Origin: Octopus vulgaris
Lineage: Eukaryota
NCBI GenBank assembly: GCA_951406725.2
Contig: OX597816.1
Location: 132,494,001 to 132,558,000, forward strand
DNA: 64,000 nt
Direction: 5' to 3'
Part shown: positions 49,765 through 63,833 of the stretch, one piece after another
Position numbering within the stretch: the stretch's first letter is position 1
How the letters are laid out: every line of letters starts with the position of its first letter
Notes under the pieces: model-generated
Databases searched by the model: none
Told to the model about the DNA's origin: nothing
What the model saw: the letters and a program-made list of their open reading frames with translations, nothing else
Position numbers and translations under genes: made by a program

Positions 49765-50120
49765 TAGGCATCGGAGTGGCACCTTAGGCAAGTATTTTCT
49801 ACTATAGCCTCGGGCCGACCAAATCCTTGTGAGTGGATTTGGTAGACGGAAACTGAAAGAAGCCCGTCATATATATGTATATATATATATATATATGTAT
49901 GTGTGTATATGTTTGTGTGTCTGTGTTTGTCCTCCCAACATCACTTGACAACCGATGCTGGTGTGTTTACATCCCCGTAACTTAGCAGTTCTGTAAAAGA
50001 GACTGATAGAATAAGTACTAGGCTTACAAAGAATAAGTCCTGGGGTTGATTTGTTCGACTAAAAGGCGGTGCTCCAGCATGGCCACTGTCAAATGACTGA
50101 AGCAAATAAAAGAGTAAAGA
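49765..50120 (+). mobile_element. SINE family B copy with an internal 5' deletion
   Basis: GGCATCGGAGTGG joined directly to CACCTTAGGCAAG. The rest is collinear with 50883-51261. Confidence 0.85.
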
Positions 50121-50882
50121 GAATTAGCATAACAATTAAATTAGTGGTTTTATGAAAGTTTTATTTTCATTTACACTTGCATGCAACTGTTTTCTTCTTT
50201 TAATAAATTTTTGAGAATTAGAAAGTGTGTTGATTTTAGTAACTTCTTTGCTCTTTTGAGATTTTATCTTAAAAACAGAAATTGAAAATGAACCAATTAG
50301 TTTTGATCAAAGAGTCAACACTGTAATGTCTTGGATTGTAAACTTGAGTCTTAGGAATGCATTTAACTAGATCTACCAGAGTTTATTTTAAAACCAGTTA
50401 AATAGTCAGCAGGGAATTAATTTCCATACAATTCTCTATTTGAATACTGTCAAATGAAAAAATATAAAATTGAAACATAATTTGCCAAGTTGTACCAAAT
50501 TTAAGAGAGAACTTAGTAATAAAGATGGGAGTTGGATTGCATTATCACCCTAAGATCAATTTGCTCAAACTAGATCTGTTTTTATCTGATTCAGATAGAT
50601 AATGTTCAAAGTTTTTCTTCAGTCAGTATTTTTTTTTCTTTTAATATAAAGTGGATGCATTAACATAAACAGTAAATGACTAGTTTTATGCTTTGCATTT
50701 CAGTGTTCAAATCCCACCAAGGCTTATTGATAATTAAGTAGACTATAGGACATAAATAATTAGCTGTCATCTCACTTTTACAAAAGTGGGTTTTGTATTA
50801 GACAAAAATCATCATCATCATAATAGGCATTGTTGTGTGCTTCAGAAGTTTGCTTCACAACCATTGGACAAATGTCTATATA

Positions 50883-51261
50883 GGCGTAGGAGTGGCTGTG
50901 TGGTAAGTAGCTTGCTTACAAACCACATGGTTCAGTCCCACGGCATGGCACCTTGGGTAAGTGTCTTCTACTATAGCCTCGGGCCGACCAAAGTCTTGTG
51001 AGTGGATTTGGTAGACGGAACCTGAAAGAAGCCCGTCGTATATATGTATATATATATATATGTGTGTCTGTGTTTGTCCCCCCAACATCGCTTGACAACC
51101 GATGCTGGTGTGTTTACGTCCCCGTAACTTAGTGGTTCGGCAAAAGAGACTGATAGAATAAGTACTAGGCTTACAAAGAATAAGTTGTGAGGTCGATTTG
51201 CTCAACTAAAGGCGGTGCTCCAGCATGGCCACAGTCAAATGACTGAAACAAGTAAAAGAGT
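50883..51261 (+). mobile_element. SINE family B, best-preserved copy (tRNA-like head, CORE-like ACCTTGGGCAAG motif, internal TA/TG microsatellite)
   Basis: GGCGTAGGAGTGGCTGTGTGGTAAG...GGTTCAGTCCC...GCCCGTCG(TA)n...GCTCCAGCATGGCC...GAAACAAGTAAAAGAG. Many related copies in the window. Confidence 0.9.
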
Positions 51262-52885
51262 ATTGGAACAGGTATGGTTGTGTACTTAAGATGTTTGCTT
51301 CGCAGCCAATTGGTTCCAGATTCAGTCCACTGCACAGCAACATGGACAAATGTCTTCTGTTATAGCACCAGGCTGACTAATATCTTGTGAATATATTTGG
51401 GAAACAGAAACTGTATGGAAATCTACAATATATGTGTGTGTGTTTGTGTATAAATATTTACATTCCATAGCTTTGTTTGTGACTAGCTGAGTAAAGCAGT
51501 GACATGATTACTTCCCTTGTTGATGATAACCAGTTATTTGATGATTTTGAGATACTGTGGAATAAAAAAAATCATTTGCTTGAAGAACAGGTAAGGATAG
51601 GTCAACAGGAAGCACATCCAGCCATAAAATCCTGCTTGGACTAAGCTGGGGAAAACAGACTTTAAGCCAACAAATGAGTGAGCAAGTCTATAATATAAAA
51701 TCTCTCTATCCAGTCTCTCATCCTACAACTTGTCTTTTATAAAGCTTATCCATAACATTTCCTCCCATGATTTTTCTAGTGGTTTCTTCTGCTACAGGTA
51801 AATACTCTTACTACCAACTTGTAGCATGTACTCCTCATTTCCTTTACATATCCATACAAGCATAATTGTCTCTCCTGATCACATTGTTCTTTACTTTTCT
51901 TATCCAGCTGCTCTATCGACTGTCCAGTCTTTCTTAAATTAAAATATTGCATTCATTGGCCATATTTTGTTCATCTCTTTCTGACCACTGTAGATCTGTG
52001 GAACTCCTCGCTCATCTGTCACCCTTTTATAGCATCTCACATTCTATGCATGTCTCTTACATTCTACTCTTTCTCCAATACATCTCTTAAGTAGAACTTA
52101 TCCTCAGCTTATCACAAACTTAGTAGCTCTGACTTATATTGTATGATTACATAATACTCTATAAATTTGGGCTATCTAAAGTTCTGGACACCTTATAATC
52201 TCCCCCTCCATCCCCTCTCTCTCTCTCTCTCTCTCTCTCTCCCCCTCTCTGAAATCTTATTTTCTATTTCTTATATATACAGTATTAAATTTGTATTTTA
52301 GCCATTCCTACATTCTGTGTACACTAAATGGAACTGGGGCTTAAGTCTTATAGCTATTGAATAGTTTGTCTTAATCATGATGATCTTTAGGCCTTTTATC
52401 TCTTGGCTACTTTATCACATTTCAAACTTTTTCTGTAGCTCTCTGATAGATTCTGTGACGAGATCCAGCCAGTTCTGAACACCTGCTTATTTACTTCAAA
52501 TATATAATGAAGAAAAGAGGGCTGTGGACAAAGCCCCAGTGAACATCCATCTGCATGGTAAATTATCTTGCTAATTGCACTTTTTATATGACTTGAACTA
52601 TTATCTGAAGCCATTCATCCACATATATGTTTCAATGACACCAAATTATAGAATGTGACAAACCAAAATATCTGTCTGCAAATTGAAAAATGTATTATGA
52701 GGTTGTTGTTTTTTTTTTTGTCCTTTACTACAAAAATTTATTTAATATTTCTTCTAAAAAATTAAGATACACTGGCAATGCAGGTAGAACATAAAATATC
52801 AATAACAATGATATTGGAATTTTTCCTTGGAAGTATTTGATTAGGCCTGAAATCTAGAGTTAAAAACTCTTTTACAAAGATTTAA

Positions 52886-53092
52886 CCCATTAGTATTCAG
52901 ATTACTCTGTCAACTGTATTGCTTATTTAGTCATATTATTTTGAATTAATCATGCTTTGAGATTTTGATGATGTGATTGTTTATTTTCAGAATGACAATA
53001 TAGGATAGGTGTGAGAAGCTGCATCTGGTCAATTTGAGCATAAATCAGACAGAATATTTTGGCTGGATATGACCAGTTTAAATGCTAAAGGG
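52886..53092. mobile_element. piggyBac-like MITE (CCCTTTAGCATT family)
   Basis: TTAA|CCCATTAGTATT ... AATGCTAAAGGG|TCAA. Related copies at about 23370-23580 and 63276-63833. Confidence 0.7.
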
Positions 53093-54314
53093 TCAATGAA
53101 CAAGGGAAATAAATATAAATTACATGTCTATTCCACCAATGTGTCAAATCTGAGTGGAATATTAAAATTGTGGTATAGAATTTAGGGTAGATGGATTATG
53201 TTTTGAGGATTAGCAGTATCATAGTGGGCTGATGTGTTTAAAGAGGAACTGGGTCAAGTATTGTGATGTATGATGCATGGTCTTTATAGTATCAGTTGAT
53301 AATCCTTCAGTTCTAGCTGGTTGCTAAATGTTAATTTTTTTATTATTATCAAAATGGCAGCAGTTTACCAATATTACAGCTTATGGTAATTGCAATGTCC
53401 CTACTCATCTTCTTGCACTTTTCAGAGTTTTTTTTTAAATTCTAATATGTGTATGTTGCAGTGTTCTTTGATTCAGACATGCAACAGCCAAACTGTGTTA
53501 CTGATATAAACATTCTGTGGGCAAGATGCTCTGGATCTCATTTATATTTGCAGCTACATTTCTGTGTTGTGGGTGGGGCTTTTGACCATCACAGAGGTTT
53601 TTGTCATCAGGTATCTGTTTGTTTGATAAACATTTCCATAAGAACATTCCCTGAGTGAATCAGCTGCATATTTAGCTTATCCTGTCCAGATCACCCTACA
53701 TTCAGTGTCAAGGTAGGGTAACAGAAAACAAACTTACCCATATCTAACAATAATGCAGCAAAATATATCAGGTTATCCATACTACACAATTCCCCAAAGT
53801 TCCTAAAAGCCAGTGGATACTCAGTGTCTGTACCAGTTATCTTTATGGTCCCAAGCCCAAGGAACAAGAATCCAATAAGAGAAAGAAAAAAACAAAAAAC
53901 AAAGCTAGTAATTGACTAACTAGAATTGAATAAGTGCTAAAGTATATTAAAAATACCTTTTAAGTGCTCTCTATAGATTTTCTATTTAATTTATGGCTAG
54001 TACTGAATGATACAACATTTTGTATATGAATATATTTGTGTAAACAGTGTGATCGAAGATAGAAAAATTAGTAGTGTATAAGCATGTTTCAGGAGATCTT
54101 GCTCCTTTTTCAGGACCACATCCAGCTCATTGAAACATTATACATAAGCTCAAATTCTACATCTGCATGCAAGTGGTAATTTGAATATCACAGAAAAATT
54201 CAACATGCTAAAAGAATGGCTATATAATTTATATCTCTCTCTCTTGTTCTCTGAATACTTTGAAGAGTGATTTTTAACTCAAAATATTAGGACTAATTAA
54301 ATATTTCTAAAGTA

Positions 54315-54705
54315 TAGGCACAGGCATGATTGTGTAGTAAGAAGCTTGTTTTCCAACCAAACAACTTCAGGTTCAATTCCACATTGGGCAAGTGTCTTTT
54401 ACTATAGCTTCAGGCTGACCAAATCCTTGTGAGTTGATTTGGTAAATGGCAACTGAAGGAAGCCCGTCTTATATTTATGTATGTACATATCTGTATGTGC
54501 ATCTTTGTGTTTGTTCCCCAATCACTGCTTGGCAACCAGTGTTGGTGTGTTTACATCCCCTCAACCTAGCAGTTCAGCAAAAGACCCTGACAGAATAAGT
54601 GCTAGGCTTAAAGAATAAGTTCTGCGTTTAGTTTGTTCAACTAAAAACCCTTCAAGGCAGTGCTCCAGCATGGCCGCAGTCAAATGACAAACAAATAAAA
54701 GAATA
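54315..54705 (+). mobile_element. SINE family B copy
   Basis: Collinear with 50883-51261. Confidence 0.8.
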
Positions 54706-55029
54706 ACATTCAACATGTCATATTTGATATTTAATGTTCTTCCTGCATTCATAGTCCCTATTTTTGTGATAGGAATTTTAGAGATATTTGCTGGTCCCTG
54801 TTTCTAATGGTATTTACTACAACATTCAGTTTGTGGGCATAACCTTTCCAGTTCAATCCCTAAACTCATTACATTGATAATTCAGGTAGTTAATTTCTGT
54901 ATGAAGTCAATGCCCATAATTTTCCATGCCCTTCTAGATTCTTTTACATAACTACAAAGGCTTTAGCTATCTCATTGCTCTTAATCTCTTCACAAGATAC
55001 TTAGTCTTTATCTCAACTACTGTACTTTG

Positions 55030-55547
55030 TGCTAGATAGCAGTGATGTACAAAATTCTTGGAAAACATATCAGTTAACATTTTTAGCTGTATTATTGTTT
55101 GTAGTATGGATGATAGGTAGTAATTCTATTTTGTATAGTGACTGGAAGAGCATGCTTTTGAATACAAGTGACCAAAATGAGGTTTTCTTGGAGGATCACT
55201 GGAGTAAGTTGCTCAACGGAGTGCTTAGCGTGGAGATCAGGGAGTCTCTCCAGGTCAAATAACTACTTTTTTGAATTGAGAGCTCTGGTGCTATGGACAG
55301 GGGATTAAAATATCACAAAAAAGGGATTCCAAGATAGATTTTTCAAGCTGAGCCAACCAGTAGGAGACTTAAAGGTAGAACAAGAATGTGACAGTTGGAT
55401 AGTATCTATAGTCTCAGTTGGTCATGCTTGAGAATCCAATTGGAAAGTGTAATGAGGGTTGCTTCTGATAGGACCCTATGGAAGCGGTACCTGAGGTACT
55501 CCCACAAACCCACTCAGGAATAGTGGGCAGTAAAAATGGATGGATGC
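55030..55547 (+). mobile_element. Decayed RTE (Rex3/Expander-like) LINE 3' end
   Basis: Remnants EIRESLQV, GIPR*IFQAEPTSRRLKGRTR, VASDRTLW, and terminal ATGGATGGATG. Confidence 0.6.
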
Positions 55548-55721
55548 AAACTAGATCAAAGATTGCAATTTGATCCACTGAAATAAAATTCTAAGCAAAG
55601 TGATCTCTGTGTATAAAAATTATATTGCAACTTGTTCATCTGTTTATGTTTTGATTATTTCACTTGTTTTTGTTTTGTTTGTTTTTTTCTCTCCTCTAGA
55701 TTTACCTCATCGTTGGCTATC

Positions 55722-55916
55722 ATGTATTCAGAGTGGGCCCCGCTTCAACGGGAGATTCAATGTAACAAAGCCAACCAAAGTGTCCTACAGAAATTCCCAG
55801 CAGCTGCTGGGAAAGAAATAGTTTGTTCTGTTGTAAAACATCTTGCAAAAAACTGCTCAACATCAACAATCGCTGTTGATCTTGAGGAAGACAAAGATGT
55901 AAAATGGACAATAGAG
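55722..55916 (+). CDS. RALGAPB: Ral GTPase-activating protein subunit beta, first coding exon
   Basis: Acceptor CTCCTCTAG at 55699, ATG at 55722. MYSEWAPLQREIQ...SVLQKFP...DKDVKWTIE matches the RALGAPB N-terminus (MYSEW...SVLHSYP...DKEVKWTME). Donor GAG|GTAATA, phase 0. Confidence 0.93.
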
Positions 55917-56383
55917 GTAATATTATTTTCCTTTTCTCTCTTTAGTTTTAAATATCACTTTGTTGACTTTGACTTATAGTGTATTTTCAAAAACATTTTA
56001 TCACTGAGGAACTAACAAGTCTGTCACTTTTCAGACACATAGAATTGTTTTAAGTAGAAATATTGATTATTGTTCTATTGTATTGATGTGAATATGTTGA
56101 GTATTGACTAATGATGGATTAGTTAATCTTTAGGATTATAAATTGGCTGATAATTTAAATTGAATAAAATATTTTCATGGTAGTAAATATTTAAATTAAA
56201 TTTTCCATTCTTGACATTAGTCTAATGTAAGTTATATATTTACTTTATCTACAAATAGTTGCTTTTGTATGTATATTTTTCAAAATGATCTGCTTATAAT
56301 CTCACCAAAAGTAATATATATTTTCATTATTGCTATTAACTTACACTCACTATATTATTATTATTATTATTATTATTATTTAG

Positions 56384-56582
56384 GTGCTTTGCTTTGGTCT
56401 CAGCCTACCATTGACTGAGCATGAAGCCATTCGTGACTGTGTGAATATTTATTGTGATTGGTTGACATCTCTGACATCACCGCTAGAAAGTGTACCTAAA
56501 CCTGTTATTGAAAACCCCAACCTCTATGCACGAGAAATTATCCATCATCTGCTGAACTTGTTTGTACCAAGAGTTGGATCGA
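56384..56582 (+). CDS. RALGAPB: RALGAPB coding exon 2
   Basis: TTTAG|GTG. VLCFGLSLPLTEHEAIRDCVNIYCDWL...PKPVIENPNLYAREIIHHLLNLFVPR. Donor A|GTATGT, phase 1. Confidence 0.93.
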
Positions 56583-57504
56583 GTATGTATTGTTTATTCC
56601 CTCTTACTTCTTATCAAATTATTGGAACAAAAATCAAGTTTTTGTTCTTAAATATTATATGGTGCATCTGTTGAATAACGATAACGTTTCAGTTGGTTGA
56701 ATTTAATCATTTCTCCAAATTTTTTAAAATTGATCTATGACTATATATATTATACATTTTTTGTGTGTAGTGTTTTGTTGTTACCCCATTCAGGCTTACA
56801 GTTGAGACTATTCCTGTATGCAAACTGATTCAGATGCCTGTTCAAACATTATATCATAGAGATATGTAGATAAACCTACATTGAATCTGATAGATACATA
56901 TAAATTTATTAACATTATTTTCAGATTAACATATGCCCCTGTTTTACTCCCCACTACTTCTTTGTAACAACTCTTTTAAAACATATTTAATCATAAATAT
57001 AAATCATAATAGAGAATTATTTTAATAAATCTTTCATTTATATATAGTGAATATGGTAGGAACAAATTAAAAACTAGTTTCCAAGATGAGCAAGAAGAAA
57101 AGAATAGGAATAAAGGACAAAAAATTGAAACGATAACAATGATATATATATACAGTGTTGTAAGTAAGCAAAAAATAAATTAATAACTGAAAATGACTAA
57201 TAATGACTTAACTGATTGATGTTATGACGTCAAAGTCAACCAATGAATACAACGACTCCTCATGTCTCAATGTTTAACCTATGTTCTACACAAAGGAAAA
57301 CTGAGACCTATAAATATTGGCCATAAACAAACTTTCAAACAACTGCAGTGGACCTGGGTCATAGACCACATTGCACTTGTGCAGTGAAAATTTTGACAGC
57401 TCATTAAAATAAAGTAAAAATGCACTTGACAACCTTTATTTATTTTCAAATGTCCAGAATGACTCTAATGATTTTTTACTTTCAGTGTTAAGACATGTGA
57501 AGAG

Positions 57505-57712
57505 GGGCAAGCTGGTAGAATCATTAGCATGCTAGGCATAACCCGTTGTGGCATTTTGTATGTCTTTACATTCTGAGTTCAAATTCTGCCAAGGTTGACT
57601 TTGCCTTTCATCTTTTTGGGGTCAATAAAATAAGTATCAGTCAAGCACTGGGGTGAATGTAATTGATTTAACCCTTCCCCCAGAATTACTGGCCTTGTGC
57701 CCAAATTTGAAA
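57505..57712 (+). mobile_element. SINE family A copy (intronic)
   Basis: GGGCAAGCTGGTAGAA head, core, and GGCCTTGTGCCCAAATTTGAAA tail. Confidence 0.8.
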
Positions 57713-59552
57713 CCAATGTTAAGAAATGTGTGTGCGTGTGTATTTTATATACAAACACATGAATATTGATGGACTGTCACATTGTAGATGACAGATGAGG
57801 GTTCTTTAATTTCTTGCTGAACAACCTACACAGATGATTAATTTATAATAATCCAACATTTGTATTGTACATTAGCTGATTCACTCCAAGTTGACCATTG
57901 CCTGTACAGGTGCATGGTGTGCCACATGTCAGATGCTGAAGTGATCATAAAGCACTGCCTGATCTGGGAATTGAAATCGCAATCTTGTGATCATGAGAGC
58001 AACACCCTAACCACTAGAGCATTCGCCCTCAAACAGATGAATTTATCTTTATGTAAAGTAAATATACATAATCGTATGTCTGATACTAGGGTGAAGAGAT
58101 TCAAAGGAGTCTTCCAAGACAGGAATCATGAACACTTGAGGAAGGGTGAGATTCATTTATCTAGAATTAATTTTTCATTTAAATGCTCACTATTGGATTG
58201 CTATTTTAAACTGTGAGCATCCATGAAACAAAGAGTGCCCATATCTCAACATCATGAATATACAGTAGTTTCTTCCTGCTTTGCACTATATTGCACACAT
58301 TACATCCTTGTGATTGATTACATAAGGTACATTCAAATACTGAGAATTAATTGCCCTACATTTTGTGTCTGTCCTATTCTTGACTGTGTAGTATACAATT
58401 GTTAGCATAGGAACATTCTTAAAGCTAAAATATAGTTCCAATTTGGGGAGCACCCAAATTATAAAGTATGGGAATAGAATAGGGATTGGGTGTAGGTGTG
58501 GATGTATGATTAAGAAGCTTACTTCCCAACCATGTGGTCTTGGGTTCAGTCCCACTGCACAACATCATGGACAAGTGTCTTCTAATATAGCCTCAGACCC
58601 ATCAAAGCTTAGTGGGTGGATTTGATAGGCAGAAACTGAAAGAAGCCTATTGTATGTGTGTGTACATGTTTATGTGTACCTCTGTCTAGTCATCGCATGA
58701 TGGTTGTAATTGTGCATCATCATTATACAAATGATGTTGTTTATTTCCAGTTTTCCATGAAAAACATGTTACACTGTGGGTAAATATCATCTTGTTCAGA
58801 ACCAAGTGAGTGTTGGCAACAGGAATAGCAGCCAGCCACAGAAAATCTGCAGCAAATTCCACAACACGCACAGAAACATGGACATTAAAGTGACCATCAT
58901 CATCACTTAACATCTGTTTTCCATGCTGGCATGGGTTAGATAGTTCGATTGCGACTGGTAAGCCAGAAAGCTGTACCAGGCTCCAGTCTAATTTGGCTTG
59001 GTTTCTATGTCTGAATGCCCTTCCTAATGCCAATCACGACAAGTATAGTAGAATACACTTGCCCAAGTTGTCACACAATGCGATTGAACCTAAAATTGTG
59101 GTTGGGGAGCAGACTTCTTACCACACAGCCACACCTGTGCCTATATATGTATATAGGCTTCCATACAGTTTCCAGCTACCAATTTCACTCATGAGCATTT
59201 ATCAGCCCATTGTTTAGTAGATGACACTTGTTCAAAGGGCCATGCTGTGGGATATAACTTGAAACCACATGGTTATGAAGTAGACACTGTATCAACGCAA
59301 TCAAAACTGTGCCTATTGCAAATATAGTAATCCAATTAAGGCTTCAACCATAAAGACGGGTATGACAAAAGTAAATTGTTTTTAGTTTTAAGATAGAAAT
59401 TGGAGGTTCTTGATTAATTAAGCTGAATTAGTGATTAATGACATTTGGTATTTTTTTTTTTAATTTTTATTTCAGTGAATTATGACTTTGTTTCCAACAT
59501 TTTCCTTTGGTTTATTTTATACTCTTTTATAATTTTGAAACTCTCTTTAAAG

Positions 59553-59717
59553 GTGTGGACCATGTTAAACGCCAGTCAGCACAGTGTCAGCGAGTGTTGC
59601 GCAGTATTGAAACTGTTGCTCTTGACTCAACTATACTCACAAGAAGTACGTGGGAAACTATGTTGAAGTTTCTTCTTGCTGCTAATGATAGCCTATTAGC
59701 ACCACCAGCTGAGAAAG
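59553..59717 (+). CDS. RALGAPB: RALGAPB coding exon 3 (gene continues beyond the window)
   Basis: TTTAAAG|GT is phase-compatible with exon 2. VDHVKRQSAQCQRVLRSIETVALDSTILTRSTWETMLKFLLAANDSLLAPPAEK (compare [34 protein letters not shown]). Donor G|GTAAAA. Confidence 0.92.
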
Positions 59718-60487
59718 GTAAAATATTTTCATTGTTAATACTCTTCGCTTATTAGTTACAGAAAGATTATAAGTGAAGGAAAACTGTTTCATGATTTGTT
59801 ATCTAAAATATTACTAAATGTATTTATTTTTTTTACCTTCTAGAATTGTTCATTTTGTCGAGGTGGTAAAGCTGTATTTGTGAACACTCATTATTAATTA
59901 GAAATAATTTGTTTGAAGTTACTTTTGAGATAATGCCTTTGTGCTTCATTAAGCTTTCCATACTATCATTGTCATTTTTTTTCTTTTTTTTCTTATTAGG
60001 TAATGTTGGTCATGTGTTTTATTTTCTTCATATGTTTAATGTAATCTTGTGTATTCATTTGTCCTTCAAATTTCATCTCATGAAAAATTGAGTAATGAAT
60101 CAACTATTATGTAGCTTCCAGAAGCACTTGTTTAATGTAATAATGAAAACTGAAAGAATGATTAGGCTCTACATACATTGATATTATTACACTTCCATAA
60201 ACATACATGCATTGTATGCATGTATGTATATGTAAAAATGCACAGTGTATGTGAGGTTAAGGTGCTGTAGCAGAAGACAGTATTTTCAGATCATAATCTA
60301 AATCATTGTATCACAATCTAAGGAAAATAAGTCATATGTCACAGTTTACTGATTAAAAATAAGACCACTTCTTCTGATTGGTTGAATGACTAGCGTTAGA
60401 AAGGACATCCAAATTTTAAAACTTCACACCAATTATATATCTATATCTATCTTTCTACCTGTCAATCTATCTATAAATCTATCTATC

Positions 60488-60533
<46 letters not shown>

Positions 60534-61574
60534 TAGATAGATAGATATAACAACATGAACAAGAATGGAGAAAATTACATCTTTATTTGATGATTACACC
60601 GTACATTAATGACAGTCATTTCTATTGTGCCAGCATATCTAGATGTAGAAAAAAGATACAAAATACATATATATGAGTGAATGGACAAGCAAAAGAAGCA
60701 CAAGGAGTTAGATAATAGTTCAGCTCAGCTTCATGCAACTTAAAGTTTTGTAGGCTTGTAGACTGAATCTAACTCCTAAGACATCTATATATATATATAT
60801 ATATATACATATATATATTTTTCAATTGATAAGTTTATTGATCATACACATTCATTCTCATTTGTTACTTCAGCCTTTTGCATGCTCTCAATAACTGAGT
60901 TGCTATTAGTGATACTGTTAATATTTTAGGTTTAGATGTTGGCAGAATTTGATGTAACTATCTGCTAGTGATATGAGTATTGCAGACAGAAACTTGTGCA
61001 AGTACTCTCTTCGTTTCTAATTTATTTATAGGGACAAATGTTCTTATATTCAAATCTCAAATACAAATAAATTGATGTAACTTCATCTAAATATATGTAA
61101 ATAAGAAAATTTATGTGTTCTTACGTTTATGCTTGTAGGAATAGTACTTAATAATCATTAGTCAAGATAATGAATAGAAATGTCAGTGGGGATGCTAAAT
61201 TCCCTTGTTCGAAAATATAAGGACACAGATCATGCCGTATAGCCAGCTGGAGACGATGTCTCCTGGGGTTAAATTACAGCAACATTAGTCCTAAACAAGG
61301 ACTGCTATGTTATGTTGGCAAACAATCTTTACAAAAAATGTTATTGTTTAGTAAGTGTCTCTTTTCTGCTGTCCAGAGGTACTGAAAGTAAATTTCTATG
61401 ATTATTTAGTTTTTCTTCTTAGCACTGTGTTACTACTTAGTCTCAACATACTTCTCACCATTCATTATTGTTATCATCACCATCACCAATAATAGTTTTG
61501 ATGATTTTTTGTACTGGCACAAGGTGGTCACATTTATGTAAGAGAAATATATAGTTACTTGGATCAACTCTGTA

Positions 61575-61830
61575 GAGGTGCATGGCTTAGTGGTTAGAGT
61601 GTTGAACTCATGATCATAAAATTGTGGTTCCGATTCCTGGACTGGGTGATACGTTGTGTTCTCAAGCAAAGCACTTCATTTCATGTTGCTCCAGTCCACT
61701 CAGCTGGCAGAAATGAGTAATCCTGTGATGGACTGGCATCCCATCCAGGTGGGGAGTATATATGCCATGGAAACCAGGAAAACTGCCTTATAAGTCTGTT
61801 ACTTGGGAAGGAACTTTAGCCTTCACCCTA
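61575..61830 (+). mobile_element. SINE family C copy
   Basis: GAGGTGCATGGCTTAGTGGTTAGAG A-box head and ...CGATTCCTGGAC...TCAAGCAAAGCACTT. Confidence 0.75.
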
Positions 61831-63275
61831 GCTGAATCAACTCCAGTATATGTCCAGAACTTATTTTATCAAACCCAAGATGCAAGAAAGACAAAAATTA
61901 GCACTAACAGGATGTGAACTACTGATGACATTGATGAGGATGATGATAGTAGCAACAATTGATTTCTTTATTTTTACCACAAGGATAACAGATGAGAGGA
62001 GCGTTACAGTTAGAATACATTGTGGCCAGCTGAGTTTTTGATTGTTATCTTTATTCTTAGAACTCCTTTTCATTACTATTTATATTCTAGTGGACCCCTA
62101 TAGCCATTTGATGTTTAAAAACTGGTTGTATAAATACATTTTTCAAGATTCCTTTTTTGTTTTTGACAAATTCACTTGTGTAGGTTGAACTATGTAAAAC
62201 GTTTGCAAAAGATATCTAGCTGTTTCTTACATCTAAAGTAAAATTTTTTCATGGACCCTTAAAATAGTACTGTGGATCCCCAGTTTACTGTTTTGCTTGC
62301 GTGGACCTCCAAAAATCTTATATAGACCCTTGTTGAGAACCATTGTTGCAGAATGTCATACATGTTGCCTTATGGTATTTGGCCATGTTCTGAGTTCAAA
62401 TCTAGCAAGAGTTGACTGTAACTTTTCATCCCTCCAGGAAAGATAAAATCATTACCAGTCAATAATTGAGCACCATTAAATTAACTGTGCCTTATTTTTC
62501 ATCCCTCTGGACCCAATAAAATAAGTACCAGTGATATACTAGATATCACAGTTAACTGCAAAAGAAACAAAGCAAAAAAACAAGAACATCAGTGAAAGAA
62601 GTCCTTATCATTGAGTTGTGTGCTACAGTGCAATGGTGATGAATCTAGTGATTGTCATTGTTGTTCAGCCCCAGATCATTTCTGATTGAGCTGGCCTGTT
62701 ATCCACCATGTTCAGCTACTTTATCTTGTTTCTGACTATAGTGTATCTCCATGGTTACATTATTCAATATAACCTTCTCTTTTAAGCCATTAAGAGTTAT
62801 TTGGTTGCTATTTCTAGAGGTTTAAGCAATCATGAAGCTCTCATAAATTTATTGTTTACGATCAACTCATTTCTTATACATTGTTGGTAGAGGCATGAGT
62901 ATTACACAATCCCATTTCATCTCTCATAGAAGTCTGAAGTAGTGTACCTAACTGAAAAATTATGAATAACAATTATTAAAATAATAATATTTTATTTTTA
63001 GTGTATTACCTTCTATTATGTATCAATGCTATATATAGAAGTAAGATTTTTTAAACCAAGTCTATGACTCCAGGCTGGTTTCCAGTTGCTGTTGTTTGGG
63101 TGTTGAGCTGGGAATCTTTAGGCCAAGTGTTCAGTTCTTGAATCCAATAGTGTATTGTGTTTTTGAGCAAGTCACTTTCATATTACTTCAGTCTACTCAG
63201 CTAAAAATGAATGCCACAATAGTTGAGTTAACCCTACAATGGATTATTTTTACTCTTGTACTCTCAACCCCTTAA

Positions 63276-63833
63276 CCCTTTAGCATTCAGGTTATTCACT
63301 GAGCCATGTGAAGGTGCATAGCTCAGTGGTTAGAGAGTTGGGCTCACAATCATGAGGTAGTGAGTTTGATTCCTGGACCGAGCTGTGTTGTGTTCTTCTG
63401 CAAGGCACTTTATTTCACATTGCTCCTGTTCACTCAGCTGTAGAAATGAGTTGAGACATCACAGATGCCAAGCTGTATCAACCTTTGCCTTTCCCTTGGA
63501 TAACATTGGTGACATGGAAAGGGGAGAATGGTATGCATGGGTGGTTGCTGGTCTTCCATAAACAACCTTGCCTGGACTTGTGCCTTGGTGTCCCATGGTC
63601 ATTCATGACTTAAGGGGTTCTTTACCTTTTTATTCTTTTAAGTTTGATGCTTATTTATTTAAATTGTTTTGAATTAATCATACATTATCTCATAGCTTCT
63701 GGATTTCGATGATATGATTGTTTATTATTAGAATGCTATTGTAAAGTCAATGTGAGTGGCTAGATCTGGTCAGCTAAAGCGTAAAATGCATAGAATATTT
63801 GGGCTTGAAATGGGTGATTTAAATGCTAAAGGC
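63276..63833. mobile_element. piggyBac-like MITE with a nested SINE C (63310-63630)
   Basis: TTAA|CCCTTTAGCATT ... AATGCTAAAGGC|TTAA, interrupted by GAAGGTGCATAGCTCAGTGGTTAGAG...CTTTACCTTT. Confidence 0.75.

Noticed and set aside
54900-54930. Minus-strand AWKIMGIDFIQKL resembling a retroviral integrase motif
   Set aside because: Too short, with no further integrase motifs recognised.
63310-63385. tRNA-like sequence (TAGCTCAGTGGTTAGAG...GAGTTTGATTCC) containing the let-7-like TGAGGTAGT
   Set aside because: It is the head of a multicopy SINE, with no intact acceptor stem and no miRNA hairpin.
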